A DNA stretch of 64,000 nucleotides, taken from Podarcis filfolensis. Its lineage: Eukaryota. Every line of letters starts with the position of its first letter. The first letter of the stretch is position 1. Positions 61,283-64,000 of the stretch are shown here, piece by piece. A program made the position numbers and the translations under genes. The notes under the pieces were generated by a model. That model was given only the letters and a program-made list of their open reading frames with translations. It had not been told where the DNA came from and made no database searches. The stretch is from the NCBI GenBank assembly GCA_964270895.1, contig OZ185436.1; one strand, written 5' to 3'.

Positions 61283-61412
61283 AGGGAACTTGTGGCTTGC
61301 ATATGTTATTGGACTCCAACTCCCATCGACGCCAGCCAGCATGGCCAATGGTCAGAGATTGTGGGAGCTGTAGTCTTGCAATATCTGGTGGACAACAAGT
61401 TCCCCACCCCTT
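61283..61412. mobile_element. Palindromic hAT-type MITE (same core family)
   Basis: GGGAACTTGT...GACTCCAACTCCCATC / GTGGGAGCTGTAGTC...ACAAGTTCCCC arms. Confidence 0.65.
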
Positions 61413-61789
61413 CTTTAGTGTGCCAGATGATAATTGGGGGAACGGTATGGACTGTCTGTTTTCTGTAATAGAATTTCTAAAAAATTATAGAAGTCTGCAT
61501 GCTCTTACTTCCCATAGGGTACCTTTCACTAGATCTACAAGGTCCAATGCTCAGAACGGAACTACTACTATATGTACCAGACCATGATAATACCCCAACT
61601 TGGCCTTATTTCCTGGCCCTACTGATACTGTATTCTAGCTAGTTTGGAATGATTCCCTGTTGTTTGTATCAAGGGAGAAGTTATTAGAAGCTCTTACAAT
61701 GTTACAGCAAATCATTGTTTACTTTGTTTTGAAGGGATATTGGGCCTTGGCGCAGTTTCAGTGATGCCTTGTCTCCCTTACTTTGCCAG

Positions 61790-61903
61790 ATGCTCTGTGA
61801 TGTGGACCGAGTGGCTGCCATGCGTCTCATCCTGCGTCAACCATCTCCAGTATGGCTGCATTTCACCATTGAGGAGCTGCAGCTTTTCCCTGGGGGTCAG
61901 AAG
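61790..61903 (+). CDS. NICN1: NICN1 coding exon 3 (MLCDVDRVAAMRLILRQPSPVWLHFTIEELQLFPGGQK)
   Basis: cag|ATG...AAG|gtaca; 114 nt. Confidence 0.93.
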
Positions 61904-62767
61904 GTACATACTCAGCTCATCCCCAAAGCACCTGTTCTTTCTATAAGCATTGTTCTATGGTTGTAATGGCTTGCTCAGCATTGAATGAAGCCTTCTTCAG
62001 AACACAGTCTAGGGTCTGATAACTGGCTGAACTCAGGCTCTCTGTGCTTTATTCCCCCCCAAAATGCTAGGTCACACATCTGAACTGGAGAAGATGCTGA
62101 CCTAGATCTCTTTGATTCTGAGCTACCAGCTTCTGTCTTCCTTTTCTAGCCATCAGCTTATGTGGAGCCAAGTCTCCTGTTCTCTTCTGCTGCTTGGCTT
62201 GAGTTTTATCAGAGTTTCCTGTGTAATTCAACTACTGTTCACTGAGCTTGTTCTTCTTCACTTTCTCAGGTTGAGATCTCTGCTACCCATGGAACAAGTT
62301 TATTAATGGCTCCCCCTGCCAATTCATTCTAATTTCCATGCTATGAATTTCACATCCTTAGTGTGGCTCACCAATGAAACTACCAGGGCCCCTCATGTAC
62401 ATAATGCATGTTATTAACTCTGCAGTCGCCAGGTTCAATTCTAAAGCTGATTTTAGAGTAAGCTTTCACCTGTGAAATCCAGATGGGGGAAAACATTATC
62501 CTGGACACTGTACCTCTACAGTGAGAATTGCCCCCCCCCCCGGTAAATAATGCTCCTATGAGAGCTTAAGGTAAATAGATTGTAATAGTTCATAAGAGTG
62601 AATTCTGCACTTTCCTGTGGGCAGTAGAGACAAGTATTTATGTCTTTAGGCAGCCTGCTCTGAGAGAGTAAATTGGTGAAGGTAAAAAGGGTAATGTGTG
62701 TAAGTGCAACATTCCAGTTGGTAGAGAATCAGCAGTGTTTTGCTCTGGGGCTGTTTTTATCTTCCAG

Positions 62768-62839
62768 AGTCCACAAAAAGGCTTCCCAGCTTGGCTTTCT
62801 CACCCATCTCCTCAGGAGCGGCCAACAAACCTGCGTGAT
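62768..62839 (+). CDS. NICN1: NICN1 coding exon 4 (SPQKGFPAWLSHPSPQERPTNLRD)
   Basis: cag|AGT...GAT|gtaagt; 72 nt. Confidence 0.9.
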
Positions 62840-62981
62840 GTAAGTATTGTTGGTGACACTGGGGCTTCTGATTTGCTGACAGGCTCCTGGCAGGGAATGG
62901 CTCTGGGGAGATGTGATGTTTTATCCTCAAAAGCAGTAAAGAAACTGCTTATATGAATATATAACTATCCTTCACTTTCAG

Positions 62982-63086
62982 GGACTCCCTGATGCTGACA
63001 AAGTGTCTTCTGAACTGCAGCAAATGTGGGTTTTGACCGAGATGCTCCAAGCCAACCAGCCAGCAGCACGAATTGGCCGCTTTGAT
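62982..63086 (+). CDS. NICN1: NICN1 coding exon 5 (GLPDADKVSSELQQMWVLTEMLQANQPAARIGRFD)
   Basis: cag|GGA...GAT|gttagt; 105 nt. Confidence 0.93.
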
Positions 63087-63603
63087 GTTAGTTTCATATT
63101 CCTTTTGCTTCTTGTTTGGGGAGTGTGTCCTTCATTGCAGTCCGGTTAGAACTCTTGAAGACTTACTTCAAGTTTACGCTCAGCCTTTGCAGCCCACAGA
63201 GCATACCCATTAACCTTAGAAGAGCCCTGCTGGATCAGGCCAAAGGCCCACTTTGGTTTCCCTGTTTCCAGCAACGAATCAGGAAAGCTGCAATGAAAGA
63301 ATTTGGCCGTCAGTATGAAATTTCTGTTTATCGTGTATCCTTCTTCCTCTAAGGAACTTAAGGATGGCTTGCATGAAGTGTTTGTATTTTAACCTGGGGC
63401 AATTTGGGCTACAGCATAGTGACTCCCCCCAAGGTTACCCTGTTGGATGAGCGGAAATTTGAATTCAGCTCCCCCTGAGCTCAAGTCCAGCATTCTGTCC
63501 ACTGGAGGGAATAAAGGCTGTGTGGGAGAAACATACACCCCGTAACATTCCCAGTATGTTGACTCTTTGCTAAAAACAGTTCTCTGTATCTTTCTCGTTT
63601 CAG

Positions 63604-63645
63604 GTGAATGGCTCGTATGACCTTAACCTCCTTTCCTACACTTGA
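63604..63645 (+). CDS. NICN1: NICN1 last coding exon (VNGSYDLNLLSYT*)
   Basis: cag|GTG...TGA; matches recalled C-terminus YDLNLLSYT; 217 aa total from ATG 60231. Confidence 0.93.
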   Translation: MNGSYDLNLLSYT

Positions 63646-64000
63646 GTTTTCCCAGGACTCAAAGCTGACTAAGTTCCTAAGAGCTGGACTCACTGAGCTG
63701 CACCCCCACAGTGTTGGATTGGCTTGAGGCAGGAAGAAATGATGGACAAAGTCTGTTGCCTTCATGTTCCAGTCCTTCCCTTTTCCACTGCATGGAGGTG
63801 GCCTTTCTGGGAACTCTCCAGCTCTACTCTGTTCTTCCTGCCAGGTCTTATGTGGAGATTGTTCTCCATTTTGCACTGGACCCTGGAAGGCTGCTTTCCC
63901 TTGAACTTGAAGGTGCCTTATTTGGGCTCTTCATCTCCTGGTCTGTTTTTTGGAAGCCCCGTTGTTTGGTGCATGTTTCTTTTGGGGGCAAAATCAAGCA

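Noticed and set aside
1-64000. IP6K1, DAG1 or AMT exons; snoRNA or miRNA genes
   Set aside because: No recognisable exons or box C/D, H/ACA or known miRNA sequence seen. An Infernal/Rfam scan would be needed to exclude small RNAs.

Overview
Vertebrate nuclear DNA, most likely a squamate reptile, inferred from Sauria-type SINE, CR1 and hAT/TcMar MITE content. The window holds four genes whose exons I mapped by hand using GT-AG boundaries and frame continuity. (1) The last 11 coding exons of RNF123/KPC1 (+, 388-49919, C-terminal RING). (2) AMIGO3 (-, single coding exon, 515 aa), nested antisense in a 32.1 kb RNF123 intron. (3) Complete GMPPB (-, 9 coding exons, 360 aa), tail-to-tail with RNF123. 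(4) Complete NICN1 coding region (+, 6 exons, about 217 aa), head-to-head with GMPPB across a small CpG-island promoter. I found no convincing new multi-gene system. The most interesting signals are the GMPPB/NICN1 bidirectional promoter, which differs from the human gene order and carries a full RFX X-box plus a CCAAT/ACGT cluster; a possible stop-loss tail on AMIGO3; probable overlap of the RNF123 and GMPPB 3' UTRs; and several well-preserved transposition footprints. Gene identities and human comparisons come from recalled sequences and gene order, not from a database search.
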